Part shown: in pieces, positions 1 to 11,997 of the stretch
Position numbering within the stretch: the stretch's first letter is position 1
Layout of the letters: each line of letters begins with the position of its first letter
NCBI GenBank assembly: GCA_050012075.1
Contig: JBEKHW010000001.1
Location: 68,766-132,765, forward strand
Length of the DNA: 64,000 nt
Direction of reading: 5' to 3'
Source of the DNA: Candidatus Omnitrophota bacterium
GTDB taxonomy: Bacteria; Omnitrophota; Gorgyraeia; Gygaellales; Profunditerraquicolaceae
Position numbers and translations under genes: made by a program
The notes under the pieces: model-generated
Told to the model about the DNA's origin: nothing
What the model saw: only the letters and a program-made list of their open reading frames with translations
Database searches by the model: none

Positions 1-207
1 TTTCCCAAAAACGGCCATCTATATATAAGGATTTCTGTGTAATGCCTATTTTAATGGGGCTTAAGAAAGATAGTAGAGTATCAATACTTTTTTTGAAATT
101 CTGGGCTGACTTTACGAAGAAAGGGTGTTCCTTTTTATATGCCGAGGCATTACTGAATGCTATCCGCAGGCCTTTAAGGAATTCAAGGATTGCTTCATCT
201 TTTGTCA
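1..207 (-). CDS. Possible 5' fragment of a gene running off the window start (ATG at 205-207, open frame to position 1); function unknown
   Basis: My own minus-strand translation begins MTKDEAILEFLKGLRIAF... and has no stop before the window edge. It is not in the ORF track. It competes with plus-strand ORF 42..242. Confidence 0.25.
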
Positions 208-308
208 TAACGTTATTTTACCCTAAAAATATCTTTCTATAAAGCAAAAATAAAAGGGGCGTCCATGATTAAATGGCCGCCCCTGTTATCGGCGAAATTA
301 CAGCTTAA

Positions 309-1949
309 TTAAGATTTAAGTATCTTCTGCGCTATACTATCGCCCCTATCGGTGACAAACGGTATACCCGTTTCTTTTTCAGTTTCACGGTTGCCTGAGA
401 ATATATCTTCGCGGGAAATCTCTTTAACGGAGAATCTCCTTGCGCCGGCCATTAACTGCTGCACTCCGGCTGCCAGCTTATCGCATAAGGTCCAGAACGC
501 AATGGCTCCGAAAGGAATGTTTTTCATCTCTTCTTTACCGACTTTTTTCTGGACATCATAGTAGCCGGCAAATATCTCATCGGGAGTGGTCCCGAATTCA
601 GCTACCGGAGAAGGTAACTTCTCCCAGTTGCCGTGCACTTTTTCCTTTACCTCCGGATTAAGCACACCCTCGATATTTGAGCCGAGGAAACCGGGTATCA
701 TGGTAGCGCGGCCCATACACACCAGTTTCACAAACGGCGCTCCCAGCGCGATAGCCTTAAAGATATGATCCTCCCGTGCCAGGCCGCCGGCAAAAGCCAT
801 ATCCACAACCTTCTTGCCTTTCTTGCTCAATACTGCGGCATACTCCCTGGCTTTTGAATGCAAAAGAAGCGAAGGGACTCCCCATGACTCCATCATATTC
901 CAGGGACTCATACCTGTCCCACCGCCTGAGCCGTCAACGGTCAAAAGGTCCAGTTTTGCTTCGGTGGCGTATTTAATCGACATGGCGAGCGCTTCCATCC
1001 CATAGGAACCGGTTTTTAAGGAAATGCGCTCGTAGCCAATCTTACGAAGGTGCTTAACCGCCTTCATAAAATCCTCTCTCACTGCTTCTGCGCTTGATAA
1101 GCTCGTATAACCGAGCCTGCTGTGCCGGGCAAATGACCTTATGGCCTTGTGTTTAAAAGCTTCCTGCACCTCAGGAAGCGTGGGATCCGGGTCAACTACA
1201 TAGCCTCTCTTTTTAAGGAAAGTGGCATATTCAAGGCTTGTAACCTGTATCTCGCCTCCGATATCCTTTGCACCCTGCCCCCATTTAAGTTCAATAATCG
1301 CCTTGTCGCCGTATTTCTCAATGACATATTCGGCTACACCATTACGCGTATCTTCCACGTTCATCTGCACGATAATCGCGCCATAGCCGTCATAGTAACG
1401 CAGGAATGTCTCTATCCTCCTGTCTAATTCAGGGGCTTTGATGATTTTTCCGTTCTTAATCTCCGCCTTCTGGTCAATACCTACTACGTTTTCTCCGACT
1501 ACGATAGGTAATCCTACGAGGGCAGCACCCACGGCAAAGGATTCCCAGTATTTTGCCGCAATAAAGGTCGAACCCAATGCCCCGGTCATAATGGGGATAC
1601 GCGCCTTTGTCTTTATGCTCTGGCCGAATTCGGTCTCAAGATTCACATTAGGGAAAATACAGTCATCCTCGGAATTAGAGAGCCCTTTAGGCAAGCCATG
1701 TGCTCCGTAGTTATAACCGTTTATACGTATAGAATTGTAGCAAACCCCGGTATGCGATGTATTAAGGCTTCCCGCGGTTATGAACCCGTAATCCCTGGGA
1801 TACAACAGTTTCCTGCCCCTTAAAGAGGAAAGCCAGGTTTCACATTTACCCATGCAATCAGCTTGACAAAGTGTGCATAAGCCGGACTCGGCAGCATTAC
1901 CCCTGTTAACCGTACCCAATGCATCATTAGATTTCGGCCACTGAATCAT
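309..1949 (-). CDS. FMN-dependent glutamate-synthase-domain-2-like protein (stand-alone GltB central-domain homolog with N-terminal Cys cluster)
   Basis: 546 aa. N-terminal CTLCQADCMGKCE motif (C-x2-C-x3-C-x3-C). Gly-rich FMN/TIM-barrel motifs (TVDGSGGGTG, MAFAGGLARE) resemble the GOGAT large-subunit FMN domain. Confidence 0.65.
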   Translation of the reverse strand: MIQWPKSNDALGTVNRGNAAESGLCTLCQADCMGKCETWLSSLRGRKLLYPRDYGFITAGSLNTSHTGVCYNSIRINGYNYGAHGLPKGLSNSEDDCIFPNVNLETEFGQSIKTKARIPIMTGALGSTFIAAKYWESFAVGAALVGLPIVVGENVVGIDQKAEIKNGKIIKAPELDRRIETFLRYYDGYGAIIVQMNVEDTRNGVAEYVIEKYGDKAIIELKWGQGAKDIGGEIQVTSLEYATFLKKRGYVVDPDPTLPEVQEAFKHKAIRSFARHSRLGYTSLSSAEAVREDFMKAVKHLRKIGYERISLKTGSYGMEALAMSIKYATEAKLDLLTVDGSGGGTGMSPWNMMESWGVPSLLLHSKAREYAAVLSKKGKKVVDMAFAGGLAREDHIFKAIALGAPFVKLVCMGRATMIPGFLGSNIEGVLNPEVKEKVHGNWEKLPSPVAEFGTTPDEIFAGYYDVQKKVGKEEMKNIPFGAIAFWTLCDKLAAGVQQLMAGARRFSVKEISREDIFSGNRETEKETGIPFVTDRGDSIAQKILKS

Positions 1950-2178
1950 TTCTCTTTCCCTCCTTAAAATAAGCGATGCCTATGGCGTTGATTTCGGCAT
2001 ACCTATGGTGCTTATGCCGAAATCACACCGAGCTATGCTCGGTGATTATCGCTTATTTTACTCCGCACTATGTGCGGAGCTCTGATTTGCCCGCTATAAC
2101 GGGCTAGTAGATTAATCCGCCTAAGGCGGACATCCAATTATTGTGCAACTTATGCCTAACTATTAGGCACGAACAGAC

Positions 2179-2217
2179 AAAAAAATAAAAGACGCCTCCA
2201 TAGTACCTAGACGTCTT
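2179..2217 (-). terminator. Weak terminator candidate after atpC
   Basis: Minus strand: short GC stem (aagacg...cgtctt) followed by ttatttttttg. Confidence 0.3.
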
Positions 2218-2354
2218 TGTCCGTTACTCTACTGTATTTTGCCCTGCCTTGCTTCTTCGCAAGACCTTAAAGACAAATGATAATATAAAAATTTTTCTTG
2301 TCAAGGGAAATCTACCCTAAAGTTCCGACAGGAACAGAATTTTCTGATAAGTCT

Positions 2355-4866
<2,512 letters not shown>

Positions 4867-4868
4867 CT

Positions 4869-6389
4869 TTAATCTTCTTTAAATTTTCCTTTAAAATCGG
4901 CTATGATTGTATCCAGCCGCGCCGTTAATTCAGGGGTTAATTCTTTGGCCTCTAATATCTGGGTTATAACATCTTTATGGTTAGCTTCCATATACTTGAA
5001 TAACTCCTGCTCGAATTTCTTTATCCCTGAAACCGGAATATCGTCTACAAAACCTTTTGTGCCGCAATAAATAATCAGGGTTTCTTCTGCCACGCTAAAT
5101 GGCGTATACTGATCCTGCTTAAGGAGTTCAATCATACGTTGGCCCCTGGAAAGCTGCGCCTGGGTGGTTTTATCCAGATCCGTGCCAAATTGCGTGAAAG
5201 CCGCCAGTTCCCGGTATTGCGCCAGGTCCAGCCGCAGTTTTGCTGAAACCTGCCGCATCGCTTTATTTTGCGCCTTCCCACCCACTCTTGATACCGATAG
5301 GCCCACATTTACCGCTGGCCGCACCCCTGCCCAGAAGAGGTCGCTCTCCAGATAAATCTGTCCGTCAGTTATGGAAATGACGTTAGTGGGGATATAACTG
5401 GTAATATCTCCTGCCTGGGTCTCGACTATAGGCAGGGCAGTCATTGAGCCTGCGCCCAAACTATCATGCAATTTTGCGGCGCGCTCAAGTAATCGCGAAT
5501 GGAGATAAAATATATCCCCCGGATACGCCTCTCTGCCCGGAGGCCGCCTTAAAAGAAGGGACAACTGGCGATATGCCTGCGCATGTTTTGTCAGGTCATC
5601 ATAAATAACAAGGGTGTCTTTGCCGTTATACATAAATTCCTCGGCCATGGCGCAGCCTGCGTAAGGTGCCAGATACTGCAAGGAAGCTGATGCGCGCGAA
5701 GAAGCGCTCACGATAGTAGTATAATTCATTGCCCCGTATTTAGCTAAGGTCTCGGAAATAGCAACTATAGTAGAAAGTTTCTGGCCTATCCCCACATATA
5801 TACAATACACATCTTTACCCTTCTGATTTATGATTGTGTCAATGGCTATGGCGGTCTTTCCCGTCTGCCTGTCTCCGATGATAAGCTCGCGCTGTCCCCT
5901 GCCGATAGGAGTCATTGCATCAATTGCCTTTATGCCTGTTTCTAATGGCACACTCACGGGCTGGCGCTGCACCACATTCACTGCCCTTGCCTCTAAGGGC
6001 CTGTATTTCTCGGTTTGAACCGGGCCTTTTCCGTCAATGGGCCTGCCTAATGCATTAACCACCCTACCCACCAGCGCTTCTCCTACGGGTACCTGGGCAA
6101 TTTTGCCCGTGCGCTTGACTGTGTCGCCTTCTTTTATATCCTTATCGGGGTTATCCGTGCCGAAGACGACGACTCCTACGCTGTCCTCCTCCAGGTTAAG
6201 GACCATCCCCTTAACCTTTTCCGAAAACTGCACTATTTCCCCCATCATCGCGTCGTCAAGGCCGTAGATACGCGCAATGGTATCGCCTACCTGGATTACC
6301 GTCCCGATAGACTCTACCTTAAGGCGCGTCGTGTATTTCTCTATCTCTTTTTTTATGATAGAGGAGACTTCCTCCGGCTTTAGGCTCAT
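4869..6389 (-). CDS. atpA: F-type ATP synthase alpha subunit
   Basis: 506 aa. Walker A motif GDRQTGKT. Alpha-subunit-like throughout. Confidence 0.95.
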   Translation of the reverse strand: MSLKPEEVSSIIKKEIEKYTTRLKVESIGTVIQVGDTIARIYGLDDAMMGEIVQFSEKVKGMVLNLEEDSVGVVVFGTDNPDKDIKEGDTVKRTGKIAQVPVGEALVGRVVNALGRPIDGKGPVQTEKYRPLEARAVNVVQRQPVSVPLETGIKAIDAMTPIGRGQRELIIGDRQTGKTAIAIDTIINQKGKDVYCIYVGIGQKLSTIVAISETLAKYGAMNYTTIVSASSRASASLQYLAPYAGCAMAEEFMYNGKDTLVIYDDLTKHAQAYRQLSLLLRRPPGREAYPGDIFYLHSRLLERAAKLHDSLGAGSMTALPIVETQAGDITSYIPTNVISITDGQIYLESDLFWAGVRPAVNVGLSVSRVGGKAQNKAMRQVSAKLRLDLAQYRELAAFTQFGTDLDKTTQAQLSRGQRMIELLKQDQYTPFSVAEETLIIYCGTKGFVDDIPVSGIKKFEQELFKYMEANHKDVITQILEAKELTPELTARLDTIIADFKGKFKED

Positions 6390-6937
6390 GCTTCGACCCT
6401 CGCGCTCATTAACCTTTCCCGCAGTTCATCCAACCGCCTTCTTATTGAACCATCGATTATGGTATTGCCTATAACCACCTGTACTCCCCCGAGGAGACCG
6501 GCGTCCAATTCTGTGCGAAATTTGAATTTTTTACCGAACTTGCTTTCTAACCTATCCTCTATGTCTTTTATTATTCCTGACTCAAGCGGAGAACTTACCC
6601 TAAGCAGCGCCTCGGTCCTCCTGCCATGCGAATAATTAAGCCGTATATATTCCGCTATATCCGTAAGAATAGCGATGCGTTCTTTTTCAACGAGCAATTT
6701 AAGGAAATCCCGGATCGCAAAGGAAAAATCTTCCCCCAACACCTTATCAATAAACGCGCATTTTTCACTAAAGGATATTCCCGGGCTTCGTAGAAATTTA
6801 AGGAAATCTGGGTTATCGTGGAGGATGGCGCCCTTTAGCTTTTTAAAATCTTCCGCTGCCTTATCGATGCCAATATTATCTTTGGCAAAATCGATGAATG
6901 CTTCAGAGTAACGTCTAACCGCAATACGCTCTAACAT
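6386..6937 (-). CDS. atpH: F-type ATP synthase delta (OSCP) subunit
   Basis: 183 aa. Position between atpF and atpA matches the delta subunit. Confidence 0.7.
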   Translation of the reverse strand: MLERIAVRRYSEAFIDFAKDNIGIDKAAEDFKKLKGAILHDNPDFLKFLRSPGISFSEKCAFIDKVLGEDFSFAIRDFLKLLVEKERIAILTDIAEYIRLNYSHGRRTEALLRVSSPLESGIIKDIEDRLESKFGKKFKFRTELDAGLLGGVQVVIGNTIIDGSIRRRLDELRERLMSARVEA

Positions 6938-7431
6938 TATAAATCTTCCACCTTTTCCAGGAAATTCCTGATTATTTTCTTGTCGAGCTCTTCATTCAAT
7001 TTCTCCTGGATGACCTGTTCAGTCGCTGATATGGTCAACTCCACAATCTTCTCTTTTAATTCCTCTTTTGCAGCGGAGAGCTCATGCCTGATATTGTCTT
7101 TGGCATTATTGATAATCTCCTGCGCCTGCAGGTGCGCGTTCTTGCGGACCTCGTCGCTGATTTTCCTGCTTTCCGACACGGCTTCTTTAATAATCCTGTC
7201 CGCTTCTTCCTTGATCGTAGCGACCTTATCTTCGTATTCGCCCTTGCTCCTTAAGGTTTCTGCCCTAGCCTCCTCTATCTTTTTGAATTCCAGGGCTATA
7301 CGATCTCTCCTGTCGTCCAGGATCTTCAGGATCTTATTCCAAGCAAATATCCTAAGCAGCACCAAGAGGAGAATAAAACTCAAGGCCTCTGCAACAACTT
7401 CATTTGCACTCAGCAGTTTCAACAATTCCAT
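6937..7431 (-). CDS. atpF: F-type ATP synthase subunit b
   Basis: Single N-terminal TM helix followed by a long charged coiled coil. The ORF-track start at 7503 overlaps atpE; the internal Met (MELLKLL...) at 7431 is the likelier start. Confidence 0.65.
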   Translation of the reverse strand: MELLKLLSANEVVAEALSFILLLVLLRIFAWNKILKILDDRRDRIALEFKKIEEARAETLRSKGEYEDKVATIKEEADRIIKEAVSESRKISDEVRKNAHLQAQEIINNAKDNIRHELSAAKEELKEKIVELTISATEQVIQEKLNEELDKKIIRNFLEKVEDL

Positions 7432-7444
7432 ATCAATAAAAAAG

Positions 7445-7681
7445 TTAAATCCTTCCGGATAGCACGAATCCGAACACGAGCACGTAAATGGTAATCGCTT
7501 CAATAAACGCGCAGCCGATAGTAAGGTTTATCAGTATCTTTGTTGCGGCTTCCGGCTGCCTTGCTGTAGCATCCATTGCCTGGCTGACTGCCTTACCTAA
7601 TGCAAAGGCCGAACCAACCGCCGCCAACGCAAGCCCTATGGGTAGTGTAATTGCAAGTATGCTTTTTACATCCATATTCAC
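7445..7681 (-). CDS. atpE: F-type ATP synthase subunit c
   Basis: 78 aa. Two-TM hairpin proteolipid with the conserved acidic residue in TM2 (AFIEAITIY). Confidence 0.85.
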   Translation of the reverse strand: MNMDVKSILAITLPIGLALAAVGSAFALGKAVSQAMDATARQPEAATKILINLTIGCAFIEAITIYVLVFGFVLSGRI

Positions 7682-7689
7682 TCCTTTCG

Positions 7690-8424
7690 TTATTTTGCTT
7701 CTTCAAGCGGTAACAACACCGCAAAATATATCGTGGTCAGGACACAAAACACCATTGCCTGGACTATGCCTGCCAATACAGTGGCAAGCATATTAATAAA
7801 AAGCAATATAAAACCTTTTATGCCAAAACCGGCTAAAACCGACAACAACATGTCGTCTCCCCAGATATTGCTTCTAAGACGCAGGGAAAGGCTGATTGGT
7901 TTAATCAACTCTGAAAGCATATGCAGCAAAAACATCATGATGGGAAGTATAACCGAAAAGGCGATTATACCGCGCGGTTTTCCGGCAGCATGGTCGATAT
8001 AGCCGATAAACCCCATCTCCCTGATTGCGCTGTATTGGACGTAACCAAATACGCAAAGAGCTAGCGCCAGGGTAGTTGACCAACTAGTGGTAGCTGATTT
8101 AAAAAAGGGAACTAATCCCATAAGGTTCATGCATAGTATGTAGAAAAATAACGTGCCGATAAAAGGGGTATATTTCCTGCCGCGGCTGCCTAATATACCG
8201 CAGATAAAGTCATCGGCCCCGCCAATTAAAACCTCGGCCATATTCTGCAATCGCCCGGGTATTAACGCCTTCTTGCGTCCGGCTACAAAAGCCAGGATAG
8301 AAAGTATGAGAGCGACAATAAGGGCATAGGCGACCGTGCGCCATATATATAGGTAATGGAAAAAAACGGTATCCGGAAACCTTTTTGCAAGAAGCGTTAT
8401 AAAATCAGGGAGCTCCTCAATCAT
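7690..8424 (-). CDS. atpB: F-type ATP synthase subunit a
   Basis: 244 aa polytopic membrane protein. Conserved Arg region (LSLSLRL) typical of subunit a. Confidence 0.8.
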   Translation of the reverse strand: MIEELPDFITLLAKRFPDTVFFHYLYIWRTVAYALIVALILSILAFVAGRKKALIPGRLQNMAEVLIGGADDFICGILGSRGRKYTPFIGTLFFYILCMNLMGLVPFFKSATTSWSTTLALALCVFGYVQYSAIREMGFIGYIDHAAGKPRGIIAFSVILPIMMFLLHMLSELIKPISLSLRLRSNIWGDDMLLSVLAGFGIKGFILLFINMLATVLAGIVQAMVFCVLTTIYFAVLLPLEEAK

Positions 8425-8429
8425 AACCG

Positions 8430-8666
8430 TTATTTGCCTTTCTTATCAATCCTTGTGACTAATTTAATGATCCTGATAGTCTCAAAAACCCCTGCCACAA
8501 AACCCAGGGTTATACATACCAGAACCGCGTACCTGGGAAAACCAAACTTCTTTTCTAAATACTCTCCTATGAAGAAGCCGCCGATAGGCCCTACCGCTAA
8601 CATGAGAGGAATAAAGAAAACCATCCCTGATATCTTAATCTGACGATATAACTCTTCTTTTCGCAT
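8430..8666 (-). CDS. AtpZ/AtpI-like small membrane protein heading the atp operon
   Basis: 78 aa, two TM helices. It is the first gene of the atp operon. Confidence 0.45.
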   Translation of the reverse strand: MRKEELYRQIKISGMVFFIPLMLAVGPIGGFFIGEYLEKKFGFPRYAVLVCITLGFVAGVFETIRIIKLVTRIDKKGK

Positions 8667-8692
8667 TCTTTGCCCAAGGCAAAATCGCGCTA

Positions 8693-9103
8693 TTACTGTT
8701 TTGGAACCGTGCCCAGAAGAACAGGATTGGCTCCCAGCTGGGAAACCATATCAATAACCTTTACCACGAATTCGTATCTTACGTTCTTATCGCCGTTAAT
8801 AATAACCGCGGGATTTGCCGTATCCTTAATCAAAGACCTCAATTTTGATTTCAATACGCCGAAGTCATAACGCAGGTTGTACTGCGCGTTATCAAGAGAC
8901 GCCTCTCCTTCTTCATTAATCGTAACGATAACTGCGTGGGGTGAGCTTTCCGCGGATTCCGCGTCCGGAAGATGCACCCGCATATTGGACTGGTAAATCA
9001 GGGGAGTGGCGATCATAAAAACAACCAGCAACACCAGGATCACGTCTGTAAAAGGCGTGATATTAATCTCCGCCATTAACTTTTCTTTTCTGTTCCTGAG
9101 CAT
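8693..9103 (-). CDS. ExbD/TolR family biopolymer transport protein
   Basis: 136 aa. N-terminal TM helix and a periplasmic domain, ExbD/TolR-like. Confidence 0.7.
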   Translation of the reverse strand: MLRNRKEKLMAEINITPFTDVILVLLVVFMIATPLIYQSNMRVHLPDAESAESSPHAVIVTINEEGEASLDNAQYNLRYDFGVLKSKLRSLIKDTANPAVIINGDKNVRYEFVVKVIDMVSQLGANPVLLGTVPKQ

Positions 9104-9732
9104 TATTTCTTCCTGACGCTAGCCATATCCATAAACTCTGAAGCGCACAGCTCCATATCCTCTATAAACGTATCTATGCGCCTCATAAAAAAATTGTAGG
9201 CAATGACCGCGGGAACCGCAACCATGAGGCCGGCTGCGGTACAAACCAGAGCCTCTGCGATGCCTCCGATAACGACGTTCATTCCGCCTGCGCCGCTTGC
9301 CGAGATATCCTGAAAAGCCCTGATAATCCCAAGGACCGTCCCGAAAAGGCCGATGTAAACCGCGGTGCTTCCGATAGTGCCGACGATACCGGTGTAGCGC
9401 TCAAGTTTTGTCGTCTCTATGGTTATTTCCCTCTCCATGGAGTTGGATATCACCGTCTCATCATGGCCATACAAGGTAATACCGATGGAGACAACCATGG
9501 AAAAAGGCGTGTTGGTGTTTCTACAAATCTGCAGCGCCTCCTGAAGGTCACCTTTTGCGATAGCCCTGCGGATATCCCCCATAAAATCAGTGCGCTTTAT
9601 CTTTGAGTGCCTTCTATAATACAGTATCCTCTCTACGATTATGGCTATGGATACGACGGAACAAAACAAAAGTACGTACATCGTTATTCCGCCGATCTTA
9701 AGTATCTGCCAAAGCGTCTTTCCTTTAAACAT
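9103..9732 (-). CDS. MotA/TolQ/ExbB family proton-channel protein
   Basis: 209 aa, three-TM topology. Stop/start overlap with the ExbD-like gene. Confidence 0.7.
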   Translation of the reverse strand: MFKGKTLWQILKIGGITMYVLLFCSVVSIAIIVERILYYRRHSKIKRTDFMGDIRRAIAKGDLQEALQICRNTNTPFSMVVSIGITLYGHDETVISNSMEREITIETTKLERYTGIVGTIGSTAVYIGLFGTVLGIIRAFQDISASGAGGMNVVIGGIAEALVCTAAGLMVAVPAVIAYNFFMRRIDTFIEDMELCASEFMDMASVRKK

Positions 9733-9743
9733 TCCTCTACCCC

Positions 9744-10349
9744 CTATGAAGTTATGTTGGTATCGGGTTTTATATTCTTTTGAACGGCTCTAATACAACC
9801 AGAGCGGCGTATGCATTTTACAAACAAGAAAATAAGTAAAAGAACGGATATTATAATAAGGGCTGGCGTCTTATAACGGAGTATTGCCAAGCCGCAAAGC
9901 GAAAGAATATAAATCCGTGGCACGACACCGATTAAAGTGAATAATACGAAGGAAGGGAAATTTATTTTAGTGATTCCGGCGGTAATGGAAAATACCTTAA
10001 AAGGTATTACCGGCAATACCCTGCCAATCAGGACACTCCATGCGCCGTATTTTTTTGCGAATGCCTCTGCTTTGGCAATATGGTGCGGCTTGATTAATAT
10101 GAACCTTCCAAATTTAAGGACTACCGGTAAGGCAGCGTATCTACCCAGCGCATAGCCAAGCATAGCGCCTAAGGTTGAGCCGAGAGATCCAAAGATAACA
10201 ATGGATAAGATGGGTATTCCTACTGCGGCGGCACCCGCGATTACGACTTCGGAGGGAATAGGGATAATACTTGATTCAAAAAACATGCCTAAAAATATCC
10301 CTATATCGCCAAACCTTGCAATCAGCCCTGTTATATTGTGTTCCAGCAT
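9744..10349 (-). CDS. DedA family membrane protein
   Basis: 201 aa polytopic protein with the DedA-type G(x)nR motifs. Confidence 0.65.
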   Translation of the reverse strand: MLEHNITGLIARFGDIGIFLGMFFESSIIPIPSEVVIAGAAAVGIPILSIVIFGSLGSTLGAMLGYALGRYAALPVVLKFGRFILIKPHHIAKAEAFAKKYGAWSVLIGRVLPVIPFKVFSITAGITKINFPSFVLFTLIGVVPRIYILSLCGLAILRYKTPALIIISVLLLIFLFVKCIRRSGCIRAVQKNIKPDTNITS

Positions 10350-10461
10350 ATAAATTTCGGCCTATTTACGGAAAAAATCCACTTTTCCTGTGCCAAAGAC
10401 GGTTGATTTCGAAGGTAAATTAATTATACTATAACAGAGGGTGGTTTACTGTCAAGGTAAT

Positions 10462-11907
10462 TTAAAAGGCGGGGAGGGCGGTATCTTTCATAAGGTATTT
10501 ATCAATGAAATGCGCGGCTTTTCTTCCCTCTGAGATAGCCCACACAATCAGGGATTGCCCGCGGTGCATGTCTCCGGCAGTAAATATTCCCGGGACAGAA
10601 GTCATGAAATCAACGCCTGTTGCGACATTTCCCCTGGAATCCAATTTAAGCTTAAGCTCGTCAATTATACCTTTTCTTTCAGGATGCAGGAACCCTAATG
10701 CCAGTACCACTAAATCCGCTTCAATTTCAAATCCTGAACCGGGTATTTCCTGCATTGCAGGGCAACCCTTTTGGTCTCTAGCGGAAAAATCTACACGCAC
10801 ACAGGAAAGCCCGGAAACAGAGCCGTTCTTACCGATAAACTTCTTGGTCAATACAGACCATTCTCTCGCTCCACCTTCCTCGTGGCTGGTTGTGGTCTTA
10901 AGAAGCAGCGGATACTTTGGCCAGGGATAATCCTGCGTGCGGCATTCAGGGGGCCTGCTAAGCAACTCTATCTGGACTACGCAGGAAGCGCCCTGCCTGT
11001 GCGCAGTACCCACACAGTCTGCACCCGTATCGCCGCCTCCGATGACGACTACTTTCTTACCCTTGGCATCTATAATTTTATCTGTCTGGACGCGCTCTCC
11101 TGCTACGCGCCTGTTGGACTGGATCAGATACTCCATCGCAAAATGTATCCCTTTAAATTCTCTCCCCTCTATATTTAAATCACGGGCTTGACGAGAACCG
11201 CAGGCAATACAAATAGCATCAAAATCTTCCTTTAGTTTGGCAACAGGTATATCTATCCCGGCGTTGGCTCCGGTACGGAATGTAATACCCTCTTTCTTTA
11301 AAATTGCTATGCGCCTGTCTAATATATTTTTATCCAGTTTAAAATCAGGTATACCATAGCGCATGATGCCGCCGATTTTATCGTCGCGCTCAAATACAAC
11401 TACAGAGTGGCCTGCCTGATTCAGCTGGTCTGCGCAGCTCCACCCTGCAGGACCTGAACCTATTACTGCAACATTTTTACCGGTGCGTTTCCTGGGACGA
11501 TTAATTTTTACAAGGCCATTTTTAAAGGCGTATTCTATAAGTGCGAGTTCATTTTCCTTGATAGTCACGGGGTCATCATTAATGCCCAGCACACAGGCAT
11601 ATTCACAGGGTGCCGGACAGATCCTGCCGGTTATCTCCGGAAGATTATTAGTTGCATCAAGTAATTCAAATGCTTTTTGCCAATGACCCCGGAAAAGATG
11701 GTCATTCCATTCGGGGATGTAATTTCCGATGGGGCAACCCCAGTGGCAGAAAGGAGTGCCGCAATCCATGCAGCGCGAGGCCTGATCCTTAGAATGCTCC
11801 TCTTTAGAGGGGGCATTTACTTCAGAATAATCCTTGATCCGCTCGCATACCGGCCTATATTCCTGCGGCTTTCTTTTGACTTTTAAGAAACCTTTTATGT
11901 CTCCCAT
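10462..11907 (-). CDS. gltD: Glutamate synthase small (NADPH) subunit
   Basis: 481 aa. N-terminal Cys clusters and two dinucleotide-binding motifs (VAVIGSGPAGWS and VVVIGGGDTGADC). Confidence 0.9.
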   Translation of the reverse strand: MGDIKGFLKVKRKPQEYRPVCERIKDYSEVNAPSKEEHSKDQASRCMDCGTPFCHWGCPIGNYIPEWNDHLFRGHWQKAFELLDATNNLPEITGRICPAPCEYACVLGINDDPVTIKENELALIEYAFKNGLVKINRPRKRTGKNVAVIGSGPAGWSCADQLNQAGHSVVVFERDDKIGGIMRYGIPDFKLDKNILDRRIAILKKEGITFRTGANAGIDIPVAKLKEDFDAICIACGSRQARDLNIEGREFKGIHFAMEYLIQSNRRVAGERVQTDKIIDAKGKKVVVIGGGDTGADCVGTAHRQGASCVVQIELLSRPPECRTQDYPWPKYPLLLKTTTSHEEGGAREWSVLTKKFIGKNGSVSGLSCVRVDFSARDQKGCPAMQEIPGSGFEIEADLVVLALGFLHPERKGIIDELKLKLDSRGNVATGVDFMTSVPGIFTAGDMHRGQSLIVWAISEGRKAAHFIDKYLMKDTALPAF

Positions 11908-11916
11908 ATTCCTCCG

Positions 11917-11991
11917 TAGGGACGGTTCTCAAGCCAAAGCTAAAAGTGTCCCTCAGGGGGACAGTTCTCCGAACAAATTGAGAACCGTCCC
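11917..11991. repeat. REP doublet (family agggacggttctcaa...aagtgtccc / ...gagaaccgtccct) between gltB and gltD
   Basis: Direct match to the REPs flanking the RAYT gene. Internal inverted arms are agggacggttctc and gagaaccgtccct. Confidence 0.7.
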
Positions 11992-11997
11992 TGATTT

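Noticed and set aside
42-242. 66-aa plus-strand ORF at the window start
   Set aside because: No RBS and no recognisable domain. It overlaps a possible minus-strand gene fragment (1..207). Neither is well supported.
6980-7462. 160-aa plus-strand ORF antisense to atpF
   Set aside because: Low-complexity Ser/Leu-rich translation lying entirely inside a well-supported minus-strand gene. It is a typical shadow ORF. The same reasoning applies to the other plus-strand ORFs nested in minus-strand genes (for example 3321..3671, 16531..17085, 21898..22398, 23751..24236, 30627..31187)..
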